Shown here piece by piece: positions 11,840 through 24,550 of a DNA stretch of 64,000 bases. The position numbers and the translations under genes were made by a program. The stretch is from contig NC_043019.1 of assembly GCF_006345805.1 (NCBI RefSeq), forward strand, positions 2,914,001 through 2,978,000. The letters run 5' to 3'. Below the pieces are notes generated by a model. That model saw only the letters and a program-made list of their open reading frames with translations. It had not been told where the DNA came from and ran no database searches. The DNA comes from Octopus sinensis. Lineage: Eukaryota. Each line of letters opens with the position of its first letter. The stretch's first letter is position 1.

Positions 11840-12295
11840 GTTTTGTTTATGGTCCATTCAAGTAGTGAGTTTTTGTTGAGTGAATTGTATTCAGGTATGG
11901 GTGGCTTATCCGGTATTCCTTGAATAAATCTGTCCAGATTCCGTTTAAGGGTGATGGGATCCTTTTCCTCTTTGATCTCTTTCGGCACAATGTTAAACAG
12001 GGCAGGGTCTGTGGAGGAAAAGAAATTATGTTGCAGTGTACATGTATGCTGTGATCCTGAATTGGGCAGGGGTTATGGCCCGTGGTCCCAGCTTTGAATG
12101 AACCTTGAAACTAATGTTCAGGTCGTTTGGGCAAAGTTGGCAGTATATTCTCCACACCGTACAAATGATGTACCGCTAGTGGCAGCGCTGGAGAGAGTAG
12201 AGTTTCAAGGCTTTAAGGCGGTCCCAATAATCGAGAGCAGGCATGCCTTCAATTCGTTTAGTGAGTGCCCTCTGGAGTGATTCAATCCTTAGCTT
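11840..12295 (-). mobile_element. CR1/L2-group LINE 3' fragment
   Basis: RIESLQRALTKRIEGMPALDYWDRLKALKLYSLQRCH*RYIICTVWRI...PALFNIVPKEI. Confidence 0.8.
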
Positions 12296-12484
12296 AAGAA
12301 GAACAATAATGTTAATGTACACTGGCCCTTCCTCTCCCTAATTAATAGAAATAAAAATATAGTGTTTGGGGATGGAAATGGTTAGTATTAGTAACAGGGT
12401 AGATAACTTGAAATGTTTGACTAATATACAAGTTGACTATATTCTGTGTCGTAACTTTAAACATTCACTATATTCGATGTTGTG

Positions 12485-12719
12485 TTAAGGCGGCGAGCTG
12501 GCAGAAACGTTAGCACGCCGGGCGAACTGCGTTGCCGTATTTCGTCTGTCGTTACGTTCCGAGTTCAAATTCCGCCGAGGTTGACTTTGCCTTTCATCCT
12601 TTCGGGGTCGATTAAATAAGTACCAGTTACGCACTGAGGTCAATATAATCGACTTAATCCGTTTGTCTGTCCTTGTTTGTCCTCTCTGTGTTTAGCCCCT
12701 TGTGGGTAGTAAAGAAATA
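12485..12719 (+). mobile_element. SINE-B, 16-bp TSD
   Basis: TSD TATATTCGATGTTGTG at 12469-12484 and 12720-12735. Confidence 0.9.
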
Positions 12720-13247
12720 TATATTCGATGTTGTGACTATAGATATTCAGACGTTTTGCTTGCTGGTGTTGATGTTTTTCAACAATTCTTCTATGTTCCT
12801 TCAATATTTTCTCTCCTTTTCACTAGTAACAAATATTTTTACGCAGAGTTGTCTCCCATGCTTTTGTCGTATCGAATAAAGAATTGTTCAACAACGATTA
12901 TCTCCCCTAGATATGCGTATAATTAACCTGATCACCATATTGTGTTAGCCTTTGCTATTACAATATCACATTAAGTTCCCCCAGTAGAAACTAATTATTC
13001 TTTAAGCTTAATTGATTAAAAAGAAAACCAGATATTAAAATTATTTTCACAAGTAAGAGTAATAGTTTATCTACAACTGAAATCTTGTCACCACCACCCA
13101 TTTAACCAAAGAATTGTGTTTGACTGGGAGAGTACGTCTTGCAGGGTGGCCGGGTGGTATTAAGTTTACGATTTCGGTATTTCTGTTTGAAGATCTTAAC
13201 TTCAGTCTACATCATATACGATTTGTAAATCTATAATTGTTACTACT

Positions 13248-13375
13248 TTCATCCTTTCGGGGTCGATAAATTAAGTACTAGTTACGCACTGGGGTCGATG
13301 TAATCGACTTAATCCCTCTGTCTGTCCTTGTTTGTCCCCTTTATGCTTAGCCCCTTGTGGGTAATAAAGAAACAT
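13248..13375 (+). mobile_element. 5'-truncated SINE-B, 15-bp TSD
   Basis: TSD ATAATTGTTACTACT at 13233-13247 and 13376-13390. Confidence 0.88.
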
Positions 13376-13737
13376 ATAATTGTTACTACTATTATCATCA
13401 CATTCATGTGAATAACTAGCTCAGAATTACGAAGCAGTATCAACTATAAGAACTTTGTATCTCTAGAATGGAAGTTGCAAATTTGCTTATGATAAAATAT
13501 TTCTGCAGTTTTTTGGGGTTTTTTTTCACTAGTTGCTAGCGACTAAACATTCTGCCGTGACAGCTAAAATTTTGCAAGTGACTACCTGGTCTATGTGCCC
13601 CAGTGCCCCATACTATTGTATTGTTGTCGGTCATTATGGTCTCTATGTATCACATATCATTGACGTGGTTATTCCACATAGCTCTATAATGAGCTTAGGG
13701 CTAGTTTCCTGGTCTCTCTGACATATATATATATATT

Positions 13738-13860
13738 GAGGTGCAATGGCCCAGTGGTTAGGGCAGCGGACTCGCAGTCGTAGGATCGCGATTTCGACTC
13801 CCAGACTGGGCGTTGTGAGTGTTTATTGAGCGATAACACCTAAAGCTCCACTAAGTTCCA
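13738..13860 (+). mobile_element. SINE-D head fragment
   Basis: GAGGTGCAATGGCCCAGTGGTTAGGGCAGCGGACTCG... Confidence 0.75.
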
Positions 13861-13984
13861 GTAACGAGCCATGCTGGTTAATGTCTTAAAATTGATTTTC
13901 AGTTAAATTATGTGTTTATTATGTATTGTTTTAAAATGACTTAATTAATTTTTTTTCTCTTTTTTTTTGTGTTTCTCTTTCCAG

Positions 13985-14529
13985 ATTTGTCGGTAAATCC
14001 AGATTATAGTGCTCAGACAATGTCTGGAATAATAGAAGTGAAACCACAGACCTACAATCATCGGTTGCTGCAACCACCACCAAAGCAGAACACGGAACAT
14101 TACCCCTTTCAGCAGAGAAATAGGCAGCCGTTTAACGAACACGACAAGCAACAACAGCAACAAACACATGCAGCTACGTTAGAACAAATACAACAAGAAA
14201 AAAACAAACTAGAACAAGAACCACCATTATTGCCACTCAATCCATTTTATATGTATCAACAACAAAAACAAAACGAATTGTTACAGTGTACTTTATATGA
14301 ACAAGAACAACAAAAACAAAGCCAATCATATCTTCCTCAACCACAGCCACAAAAACAATTGCAGCTACAAAAACAACCACAACCACAATCACAATCACAA
14401 AGGCAAAAACACTTCAGATTACAACAGCAACAACAGAAAGAACCATACAGGGGTGGTACAGAATTGGACTCTTGTGGCATCCAGCTTTTAAATGTCAATG
14501 AACTTCAGAGCCAAAGTTCTTGTCTTTGA
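13985..14529 (+). CDS. Gln/Pro-rich exon of an unidentified plus-strand gene (phase 1 start, ends at TGA)
   Basis: Very long polypyrimidine tract + ccag at 13950-13984, then about 181 open codons (DLSVNPDYSAQ...QQQQQ...QSQSSCL). No recognisable domain; upstream exons not found. Confidence 0.55.
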
Positions 14530-15430
14530 ATTCAAGTTGTAAACATTGGGTCGCTCTAAATGTCACAATATATGTATTAGGGGTCGAAACTGAACCAAAA
14601 TGATAATTGAGGGGAGTCTATAAAATATAATTGAAAGATGTTCTGTGGAATGTGCGCGGGTGAATGTGTGTGTGCATGAGTGTGTGTATGTACATATGTG
14701 TGTGTGTGGGTGGGCATATGTATATATATATATATATCTGTGTGTGTGTATGTGTGCACATGCATATATAAACATGTGTGGCATGTGTACAGATATATTA
14801 TTTGAATATCAAGGATCAAACTGAAGACAAAGAATAGAATTTTCGAGTACTTCCATTCCTACATCATTATATTGTTGGTAACTGGCAGTCAACATCCGTT
14901 TGTCTGTGATGGTGTATGGAGAACTTATCTCACCCACTGACCTCATCGTGAAACGTCTGAGTGGTTTGCGACATAGCACTGTTCGTCTTCTACACACTAA
15001 ATATACTGTAATGAACAACAATGAAGGTAGCTATTTGTTGTGATAATATTGAGTAACGCAGATCTTGTACGTGTGTGATATAAATATTGAATATTAACCG
15101 CAAATACTGGTTGTTAAAGAGAAACTTTTGGTAGCTAACTAGCAAAGAGTATTCACATTTAAAAGAAAGAATTGAAATACAGAGAAGCATTGAAAAAGAG
15201 AACAAAATTGAATATTTACTGATTTTTTTTTTTTTTTTTTTTTGTCACAGGGGAATGTGTAACAAATTTAAAACTGAAGATAGAATCGTGAGAACACCAG
15301 TTTAGTATATTTTGTGAAGAGCACTTGTATCGTGTTTCATCAAAGAAATGTTTAAGTCAAATCTAAAAACACTTATATGTAAGTCTACGGCATTTATGTG
15401 TCTTCACATGCACACACACACACACATATG

Positions 15431-15464
<34 letters not shown>

Positions 15465-15671
15465 TAGAGGTGTCTGTGTTTTAACTTCAACTGTTCTTTC
15501 ATCAAATATTCTTCGCAAGTACTGAAGTTTTCAAGTTTCTGTCTTCAGCTCTAAACTTATGAGACAGACTCTGTGTGTGTTTGTGTGTATATGTATGTAT
15601 GTATGTATAAATACATGTGTACACACACATTCATACAGGCAACACACATAAGCACAAACACACACACACGC

Positions 15672-15721
<50 letters not shown>

Positions 15722-16371
15722 AAAACCCAGTACAGGAGTATATATAATTTTTATTATTTTTAATCTCTGCATAAATTACCAAGTCACTCAAAGCCTGAGT
15801 TCTATACACACACACAAATATATACACATACATGTATACACAATTACATATGTATGTATATACACATACACAAAAATAAACATATGTTTTCATATGTGAT
15901 AATGTGTTTGCAAGAAATGTAATGGTAAAAAATTTTGTTTTTAATTATGGTTTGTCTTTTAATTGCTAGTCACATAACATCGTTTATGTAATACACTAAG
16001 GAGTGAGGAATGGAGTGTATAGGTCAGACAACTCAGGCATGACATCAACATCTTAAGTGACATAGGTGAACATCTAAACATGGCAGAGATCAATGTGTAT
16101 ATGAAGATTTTAGAGAGCATAGAGGTAGATTTGGAAATGGTAAGGATACAAATCACACAGCCACAGTGAAAGAGTAATGTGACAAAGTCAAGGAACATAC
16201 CTGGAATGTGAGAAGGGCTTTAAAATTACTGTCTACTGAGAAGGAATATCGTAAATGTTAGGTTTTGTTAGGATGTCATTCTTTTTCTATATTTCAGAAA
16301 TAAAAAATGTATTGAGTTTATGCATTAGTAATTTAGCAGGTTTTTATTTTTAATTAATTTTTGCAATTGGT

Positions 16372-16575
16372 TAATGTGACCATTTAGCATTCAGATTATT
16401 TTATCAAACGTCATTTTTATTTATTCACACTGTTTTGACTTAATCATGCATTGTCTCGTAGGTTCAAAATTTTGATGATGTGATTGCATACAAGAGGCTG
16501 GCTCTGGCTGGTTTCACTATAAAATAGGTAGAGTATTTGAGCCGGATATGGCTGGTTTAAACATTAAAGGGTTAA
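16372..16575. mobile_element. Short MITE-like repeat with TTAA-type ends; partial copy at about 325-490
   Basis: CCATTTAGCATTCAGATT ... GCTGGTTTAAACATTAAAGGGTTAA. Confidence 0.45.
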
Positions 16576-16639
16576 TAAGGCTTGGAGAAAGGCAAGTAGA
16601 ATCAGATTGAATACATGGTAGTACTTTTGTTTGAAAATC

Positions 16640-18420
16640 TAATAAAATTCATTCCAGCATGATAATTAAAGAAAAGAAAATACTTAATCTTTTGCCAGTT
16701 AGAGTTAAAGGTAAGAACATACATGTTTGTTATAAACTAGGCTCTATTACTGGTTGTTTAATATTTGTCCAAAATAGGCCTGTGAGATCTCACAGAGGTC
16801 TGTCTCAACAGTATGGTTACACTAAGTCTGATTTCTGCCACCATGAAGCAGGACATATTTATGCAGATGATTTGAATGTCATCTTAAATGATAACTTTAG
16901 ATGGCTATTGACGGAGGATATCAAATACATGGAGCCTGGTGAGATAAGCAGGAATAAATAGGTGGAGATAATCCTAGGATCAGTTGAAGCTTTTGTGGTT
17001 AATTAAGTCATAAGTACAAGGATAAGAAAAATGGTTTTGGTGGTTGTAGAAAGCAAGTGACTAGATTAAAATTGGAGGGAGCTAGAAAGTTGGGTTGGAT
17101 CATAAGAAAGGAGTCGATTTTGGGTGAGCATGATGTAAAGAAATATATTGATACATCGAGAGAGAAATCCATTGTAGTACCAGCAGATAAGGCAGCCAGC
17201 AGGTAACTTTTTGATTGTATGTAAAAAAATACTATATAAAGAGGCTAGGTAAAGGTTAGGATTGACTTTAATGGTTATGTATGTAGTGGTAGTTGAGAGT
17301 ATGGGGAGTTTATAGGGAAGTTAATCCATGGGATGAAAAGGTTAAATGACTTTTATGTGGTGGAAGAGGAGAAAGATATTTCCTAAAATATTTTGGAGGG
17401 GTTCCAAAATTGCATAAGGTCTCAAATAGGTTTATTACAGAAGCTAGGAAATATATCAATGAAAAGCTGTCTATTTTAGTTAATGGGACATTGAATGTCA
17501 TTAGATCAGACCTCGTGAAGTACAAAAAAAAATTATTATAATTTAGATGTTAGCATATTCTGAAGTCTTAAGTTCAGGAAAGAGATTTAAATAGACTTTA
17601 AAATGTTTTGAATTATGCATGTATCTAATTTTTCTACACTGTATATCAGTCTAGATTTGAATTGGTAGAGGAAGGAATTTATAGAATAATTAATGTGTTT
17701 GGTAAGGATTCTAAATATATCATCATTAAAAATGGTAATGGTTTTCTATCCAGGATAAGGTGTAATAATTTTAATGAATTTATCTAAAGAGAAATTAAAG
17801 GAAATGGTTAGCTTTATTATTAAAAATGCATATATATTGCTTTTGTTTTTAGGATATTCAAACAAGTTAAAGGCATTTCTATGGGTTGTTACTGTAACCC
17901 TTTGTTAGCAGACACATGTTTATTTTCATGCAAATTGTGTTTACTCAGTGATTTATGTCAACGGAACATGGTAAGTTTAGTTTGAACTGCTTAGTTGTTG
18001 CTGCAGTCATGTAGCTGATATTTTTATTACTAATTACAAGTTTTTGAAAATTTACTTGAAAAAATATACTCTGGAGATCTTGTTGCTAACAGTAAATAAA
18101 GTTAATTATTTAGATATAACAGTAGTTTGTATTAATAATAAAGTTGTTACTAACGTTACTAATAGCTTTGATTTTGATATAGTGTCTATTCCCTCGGTAA
18201 TGATCTGAATTCCATTAGAAAGACGGGTTAGAACATGTTCTGCAGTCGGGTTCTAAGGTATGATGGAGTGATAAATAATGTAGGTTTATTTATAAAGTCA
18301 GATGATTGAAGAAGCTTTTGGGAAAATGTGGTTATGTAAATAAGCAGTTGATTAAAAATTTCACTTGTTGCTTGGGGAGACATGATAATATATTTTTAAA
18401 TTTTGGTGTAATTTCAAGTT
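16640..18420 (+). mobile_element. Degenerate Penelope-like element (PLE) reverse transcriptase
   Basis: Broken-frame peptides VVPADKAA (about 17174), VPKLHK..RFI (about 17400), FKQVKGISMGCYCNPLLAD (about 17860), VNYLDI, FDFDIVS match PLE RT motifs recalled from family knowledge; many stops and frameshifts. Confidence 0.75.
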
Positions 18421-18479
18421 TGTAACTTAGTGAAAAAATATTTGAAATGAGTAACTTCACTTCTTTGTGCTGATATTAA

Positions 18480-19700
18480 GTTCTGATGGTTTGCAGTTGG
18501 AATATGTCTGATCAGCTTGCATTCTAAAGCTGCTGTATTTGGAGGGGTTTTGTGTGTGATCAGGTTCTGTCATGTATATCATCACTTCTGTTAGGGTGGT
18601 TCTTTCTGGACTTCCGTTAGTAAGCTTCATTTGGTCTTACATGAGTTGAGATAGGCTGTATATCTAGACTCTTCTTGTTTTGGTACCATGTAAGAACTTT
18701 CTTTGTTCTTATATATGCAAGAAGTTGTTTCATGTTAACGGAGGTATGTTGTTCTTTTGGTTATATTTTCCATATGTAACTCGTGTGTATATTTAGTAAC
18801 TTATTTAAATAAATTTTTTGTTAAGTAACTTTTGTTTGAATCATTTAACTTATTTTTAATTATGTTATAGTTTGTTAGGTGACCATGTCTGTTTAGTTTC
18901 TTTTCTTTAATTCAATTAGTTTATAAAGTAAATAGCTGTAGTTCTGTGATAGATTTTTTTGGTATTATTTGAGGGTTATATGTTGCCATTTATAAGGGAA
19001 TCTTTTTTTTTTTTGTCTGAAAGGAATGTTAACTGTTTAAATGTTTTTTCCATATCTAATTGATTTAGTAATTTCAATTTGCTATATTTAGTTAATTTTT
19101 GTTTTACATTTCTTTAGGTGGCAATGTCCATTTTAGTTTATTTTCTTTATTTAATCAATGTTTAATGGCTATATTCTGTAATGGCTCATATGTTTTTATT
19201 CTTTTATAGTTCATTAAGTGGCCCTCCCTCCAACATGGTCTTTTTGTATGTTTATATTTGTGCTTAGTAACCTAAGGCAAGTGTCACCTCAATGAGCACA
19301 TTGAACTTATGTCTGACACCTGTCTTGGGTCTGTCATTCCTTAGTAATATATTTTTGATGCTTTTGGATTGATTGGTGCACAGGTGTCAAAACCATACTG
19401 ATTTCTGATAGGCAGCTGACTATGGGATGTCTGTGTTTCAAATGTTTGTCTATTTGTATATGTTTTTTACTGTGAGCTTTTTTGTAACTTATTTTCTCAT
19501 CATTTCAATGTCATCATTTATTTTGATCTTCATATTGGCTGGGTTCTTCTATTGTTTTGAACTGGTCTGAGTGCAGTTTTAGCTTGCTTCATAAGTTTAT
19601 TGATTATAGGGCATAGATGATAAAAAATTGTTGTTGATTAGGTTTCGTTTCTTAATGTTTTAATGTGTGTCGGTTTGTTGGGATTTTGCAAATTTGTTTT
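18480..19700 (-). mobile_element. Highly degenerate LINE fragment, possibly APE endonuclease region
   Basis: Weak peptides HPIVSCLSEISM and LEGGPLN resemble APE motifs; strand-asymmetric A-rich composition. Confidence 0.3.
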
Positions 19701-20485
19701 TATCATTAATACTAACCATATTTGTTTTGATTTTGTTGCACTCACACACACACACACACACACATGTGGATATGTGTATATGTAAATAAGTGTGTGTGCA
19801 CACATATATATATATATGTATGTGTATATATGCATGTATGAATGTATGAAAAAGTCATTTATAACCATGTAACCTGAAGTGGATAGAGCTATAAATAATA
19901 GCATTTAGAATATTGGTTTTTCAATCCAAGGGATTTTTTTTTAACAAAGGCTGCATATGGAGCTCAAATGCACATCTTCTTTAAACATGACTGCTGTTCT
20001 ACAATTATACCAATTCAGTCCTTCAACTTTCCTCCACTCATTTGAGAAGATTTGTTCTTGTCAGCGAGAATCCTTTTTAAATTACTTTGATAAAATAGTA
20101 GATATGGGTTTGAGTCTCAAGGCAGCTTTCAACATTTTCCATCAATAGGATCTTTTAACCCAATATACTAGTTCCACTATTAAAAACAATTTATTTCATA
20201 TTCTTCAAAGTTTCTAATTTCTTATTTATGTAAACAACAAACAATTCTTGCTGGTAAGAGCAAAGCTTCTAAATGGACTGGTTTCTCTGGTATAGTATTA
20301 GAACACCTGTAATATTTACAGAAGATAGACTCTTTCAATCCAAAGGGTTTTTTAACCTGATATTCTATATAATTGTATTTATAACTTTATCTACTTTCCA
20401 CCATTAAAAACAATTCAGTTCATATCTGTGAAAGTTTGTAAATTCCAATGTAACAATATATATGCATGTGTGTGTGTGTGTGTGC

Positions 20486-20860
20486 ATATCATCATCCCTT
20501 AACATCCACTTTCCATGGGTTGGACGGTTTAACAGGAGATGGTCAGGTAGAAGGCTACACTAGGCAACTGTGTCTGCTTTGGCATGGTTTCTACAGCTGG
20601 ATGCCCTTCCTAACACCAACCACCCCATAGAATGGATTGAGTGCTTTTACATGGCACCAGCACAGGCGAAGTCAGTTTTGGCATGGTTTTTACAGCTGGA
20701 TGCCCTTTCAAATGTCAACCACTTCCAGAGGGGGACTGGATGCGTTTTATGTGGCACCAGCACTGGCAGGGTCACCAAGTAATTTGACAAGACAAAGAAA
20801 TTTTGTGAGGAGATGAGGCATTAGAGGAAGCGGTCTTGTGTCATATGATGAAAGACTAAT
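20486..20860 (-). mobile_element. Family E, long form
   Basis: Reverse-complement homology to 25690-26021. Confidence 0.7.
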
Positions 20861-21012
20861 GTGACAGAGAGTGTATAAATATTTGTATATACATATATAC
20901 GTGCATCTATATATGTATATATATTATATACAGATTATCATGTATATACTAATTCAAATATGCATTTTTACATGTATGCGTGTGCATACACACAGATATA
21001 TGCACATGTATG

Positions 21013-21372
21013 TTAGTTAGTTAGTTAATTTTTTGGCTCAAAAAGCCAAAAACCAAGGCCATGTAGGGGGACATGGAGTTATGTACAGGGAGGGTGTTCA
21101 TGTAAAGAGTTCAGGCCATTTGTGGTCAAGGGAGACTTTGAACCGAGCGGTCGTCGGCATCTTCACTATCTTGTCCAGCAGCTTATTCCACGGATCCGCA
21201 ACCCGGACGGAGAAAGCCCCTCTCCTTCGATTGAGATGAAATCGTCGCAGATAGAGCTTTTCAGAATGACCCCGCAGCCGACGCTCTGGAGCAGGAGTGA
21301 AGAACAGCTCTTTCGAGAGGTGACAGTTTCCGCTTATGATGTTGTGAGCAAGAATGAGATCACCACGACGTC
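21013..21372 (-). mobile_element. CR1 LINE 3' end with (TAAC)n tail
   Basis: RRGDLILAHNII...RGHSEKL...RRGAFSVRVADPWNKL; short 3' UTR and TAAC repeats. Confidence 0.85.
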
Positions 21373-21724
21373 ATGTGTTTATGTATGATTTCCAGTCTAA
21401 TTTTCTAACTTCTTTGAAAATTTTCTGTCCATTCCTCCTATCAGAATGAAATGGCAAATATTTAGTGTGTATCTTAGCTGCGTGGTTATATATATATATA
21501 TAGATAGATATATATAGATAGATATAGATATATACAGATATAGATAGATATAGATATAGTGAAAGTGTGTGTCTTTTACTTGAAATATTTATATATTCTA
21601 TAATGTATTTTAGTTGTATTAATTGCTGGTGACCAGAAGGTATCACCATCAAATTGTGGTATTAATTACATTTTGCTTTATTGTGAGAGAGAGAGAGAGA
21701 GAGAGAGAGATGATGATGATAATA

Positions 21725-21854
21725 ATAATCCTTTCTACTATAGGCACAAGGACAGAAATTCGGGGGCAGTGAATAGTCAGTTAAGTACCCAGTATTTAAC
21801 TGGTACTTAATTTATTGACCCCGAAAGAATGAAAAGCAAAGTCGACCTTGGCAG
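21725..21854 (-). mobile_element. SINE-B variant truncated by the assembly gap
   Basis: GACCCCGAAAGAATGAAAAGCAAAGTCGACCTTGGCAG abutting the Ns. Confidence 0.7.
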
Positions 21855-21954
21855 NNNNNNNNNNNNNNNNNNNNNNNNNNNNNNNNNNNNNNNNNNNNNN
21901 NNNNNNNNNNNNNNNNNNNNNNNNNNNNNNNNNNNNNNNNNNNNNNNNNNNNNN
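21855..21954. other. Assembly gap (100 N)
   Basis: Run of N. Confidence 1.
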
Positions 21955-22647
21955 TAGCTATTCAATTTTCAAGGATGGAATGGCCACATACAACATTTCT
22001 AACAACAAAATTGTCCAGTTACGGATGACCTGGCACCTAAGAACACCAATTATCTCATGATCCACGTGATTGAATGCAAATAAACTAATTTCAGCTTAGT
22101 CACAAACGACTGAGTTCCATCAGTTGAAGGCGCAGAACGGGCAGTAGGGGCTAGCCATACCCACCTTATGCCTCGAGCGAAAATGTTAAAGACTAAGAAA
22201 CAGATTTTTATAAGATTACTTTTTTTCAGTTAACTCTGTATTTTGAAACTGTTAAGGGACATAACTCTGTATTTTGAAATAATTGTTAATCTAGAGTAAC
22301 TCCCCTTTGTTGACTGAAGTAACCGCTTTTATATGCAAAAAGTGGATGCAATTTTGATAAGAATGATAACAAAAAAAAAAAGTTTCATTACTCTCATTGT
22401 ATTGACTTTATCTCTGTACATGTATACCCTTAAAATAATTGTTTCATAACAGGACAGCAGAGGTACCCGTTCCAAGCACAAATCCAAACTGTATCTCATC
22501 TAAGGTAATTTTCTCTTAAATCTGGTGATGCTAAAAAAACTCTTTTATTTACCTGAAACGTTAGTTTTATGTCTCTATAGCTGTTTATATTTACTTCATT
22601 GAAACACTTTTATTTTCTTGTTCAATTAATTGTCAGAGTTCACTGTT

Positions 22648-22935
22648 ACTATTATGTTGCTTATGGCCATGCTGGGGCACTACCTCGAAGAGTTTATATA
22701 ATCAAATGTAGCAACCTTCTGTACTTAATTTTTAAAAGTCTGGTATTTATTCAATGCATCTCTTTTGTTGAACTTCTAACTTTTGGGGATGTAATAAATA
22801 CACCAGTACTGGTTGTCAAGCGGTGGTTGAGGACACACACTCATGTATATACGATGGGCTTCTTTCAGTTTCTATCTACCAAATCCACTCATGGCTTCGG
22901 TCAGCCTGAGGCTATAGTAGAAAACACATGCCCAT
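22648..22935 (-). mobile_element. SINE-A, partial
   Basis: Homology to family A body. Confidence 0.75.
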
Positions 22936-23861
22936 GGTGAGACGGTCCAGCTATTTATTTCTCTTGCCAGCCATATATGTACTCCTATCTGAATACTAGA
23001 TAAATTGAAATCTGTGTTCCTTGCCCATGAGGTATCTGGCTTCCCTCAATCTTACCTCTTGTGCATTTCTACTTTCCTCCATTCTCTCACCTCTACAATA
23101 TCCAAAAGCATTTTTTGCCATGGCAAACACTGATGGTGGCAGCCCTGAAGTTTTGCTCTTGACAGAAATAAGACGTTTTTCTGTGTTGTCTGAGTTTTAT
23201 TTGGTGTATATTTTCTGAATTGAAGTTGCTGTAATTGTTTGATTGCAATCAAGGAAGTCTCACATAGGATGAGATGTTTCTACCTGGCCATCCAACAATA
23301 ATTTTTCGAAAGAAATACATGCAAGGTAATTTTAATTTCATTTTCTATTAACAAAAAACACAAATTAACACAATTTGTTTCAACTTATTTTCTTTTTTGT
23401 TTTTATTTAAAAAAAAAACAAGTATTAGGGACAAATTTATTTGAAAGTCTCTATTTGAACTAAATCACTCTTTCTTTTGTATTATGACTTTCCATTTTCA
23501 AAAAAAATTGAACACTTTTACAAAAATGATGGCATATATACAATGACTTCCTGATGGTGGTCAGTTTGGTGCTCAAGTTTGACTTAGAGGAATTAGTGGA
23601 AGGGAAAGGAATTAAAAATAGCAACCATACTTTAGAAAAAAAAATATTTTAAAGAGTCCCAAAACTAACTGTTGTAAGTCACAATTCATTATTCTACTTC
23701 ATCATTAGATTTAGTTTAAATGAAGTAAAAAGTGACTGAAGTTATTGGCAAGTGAACATTATTTTTAAATATTTCCTTTCAAAATCAAAAAGAAAATATT
23801 TTCAAAAATATTTTTCCCTCAGACATATAATTCCAGCTTTAAAATGAAGCCAGTCATGTAA

Positions 23862-24550
23862 TTAAGCAACTGAAAGTGGTCTAGTTACTATTTCATAATT
23901 ATTATCTGTTTCACTCTCTATATCATCGCCGAAATCATCTTCTGAATCAGTCTCTATCTCCATCTCTATATCATCTCTGCTTGTATCTGTTCTCTCTTGC
24001 ATGAGGCATGTATCACCTACAATATCATTTTCAACATCCTCTAATAATGTGAAATCTTGAACGGTGTACATGAATTTATCAGCTGAAGCTATTTGCCTAA
24101 TTTCCTCTGTATTATCAAGACCCACCCCTATAGCCATAACTTTATTAACACGTGCTTTCAGACGTTCAGCATTTGGAATAGTTAGATGATAATCAACATT
24201 AGACAAACCATCTGTAATCAAAATGACAACTTTTTCAGCTGATGGTCTGGAGCCATAATCAATAGAAAATATATCTGCAGCATTGGCCAGGGCTGAAGCT
24301 GTGTTTGTAGATCCAGGTTTGTAGGCTGTACGCTTAATAATAGAAGCAACTGTTTCTGCATCTTTGTAACGAGAGAATGTAAATACTAAAGTAGCAACAT
24401 TGCTGTAAGTAATCAAAGCATATCTCATGTTTCTATCAGCTAAATCATCCACCAATTTACTTGTGAAATCAAGCATACGCTCAAAATTAATTTCCCCAAC
24501 ACTACTTGAAGAATCCAAGACAAAAGCAATGTCCTTCACTATTTCACAAC
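23862..24550 (-). CDS. Exon 21 (terminal coding): VWA8 + acidic tail
   Basis: tttttttcag|GT TGT GAA ATA...; DSSSS, GSTNT, ITDG; continues to ...TRPLSVA-TAA. Confidence 0.93.

Noticed and set aside
12730-13200. CpG-richer stretch as a promoter or first exon of the plus-strand gene
   Set aside because: No supportable start, donor or motif; flanked by SINEs.
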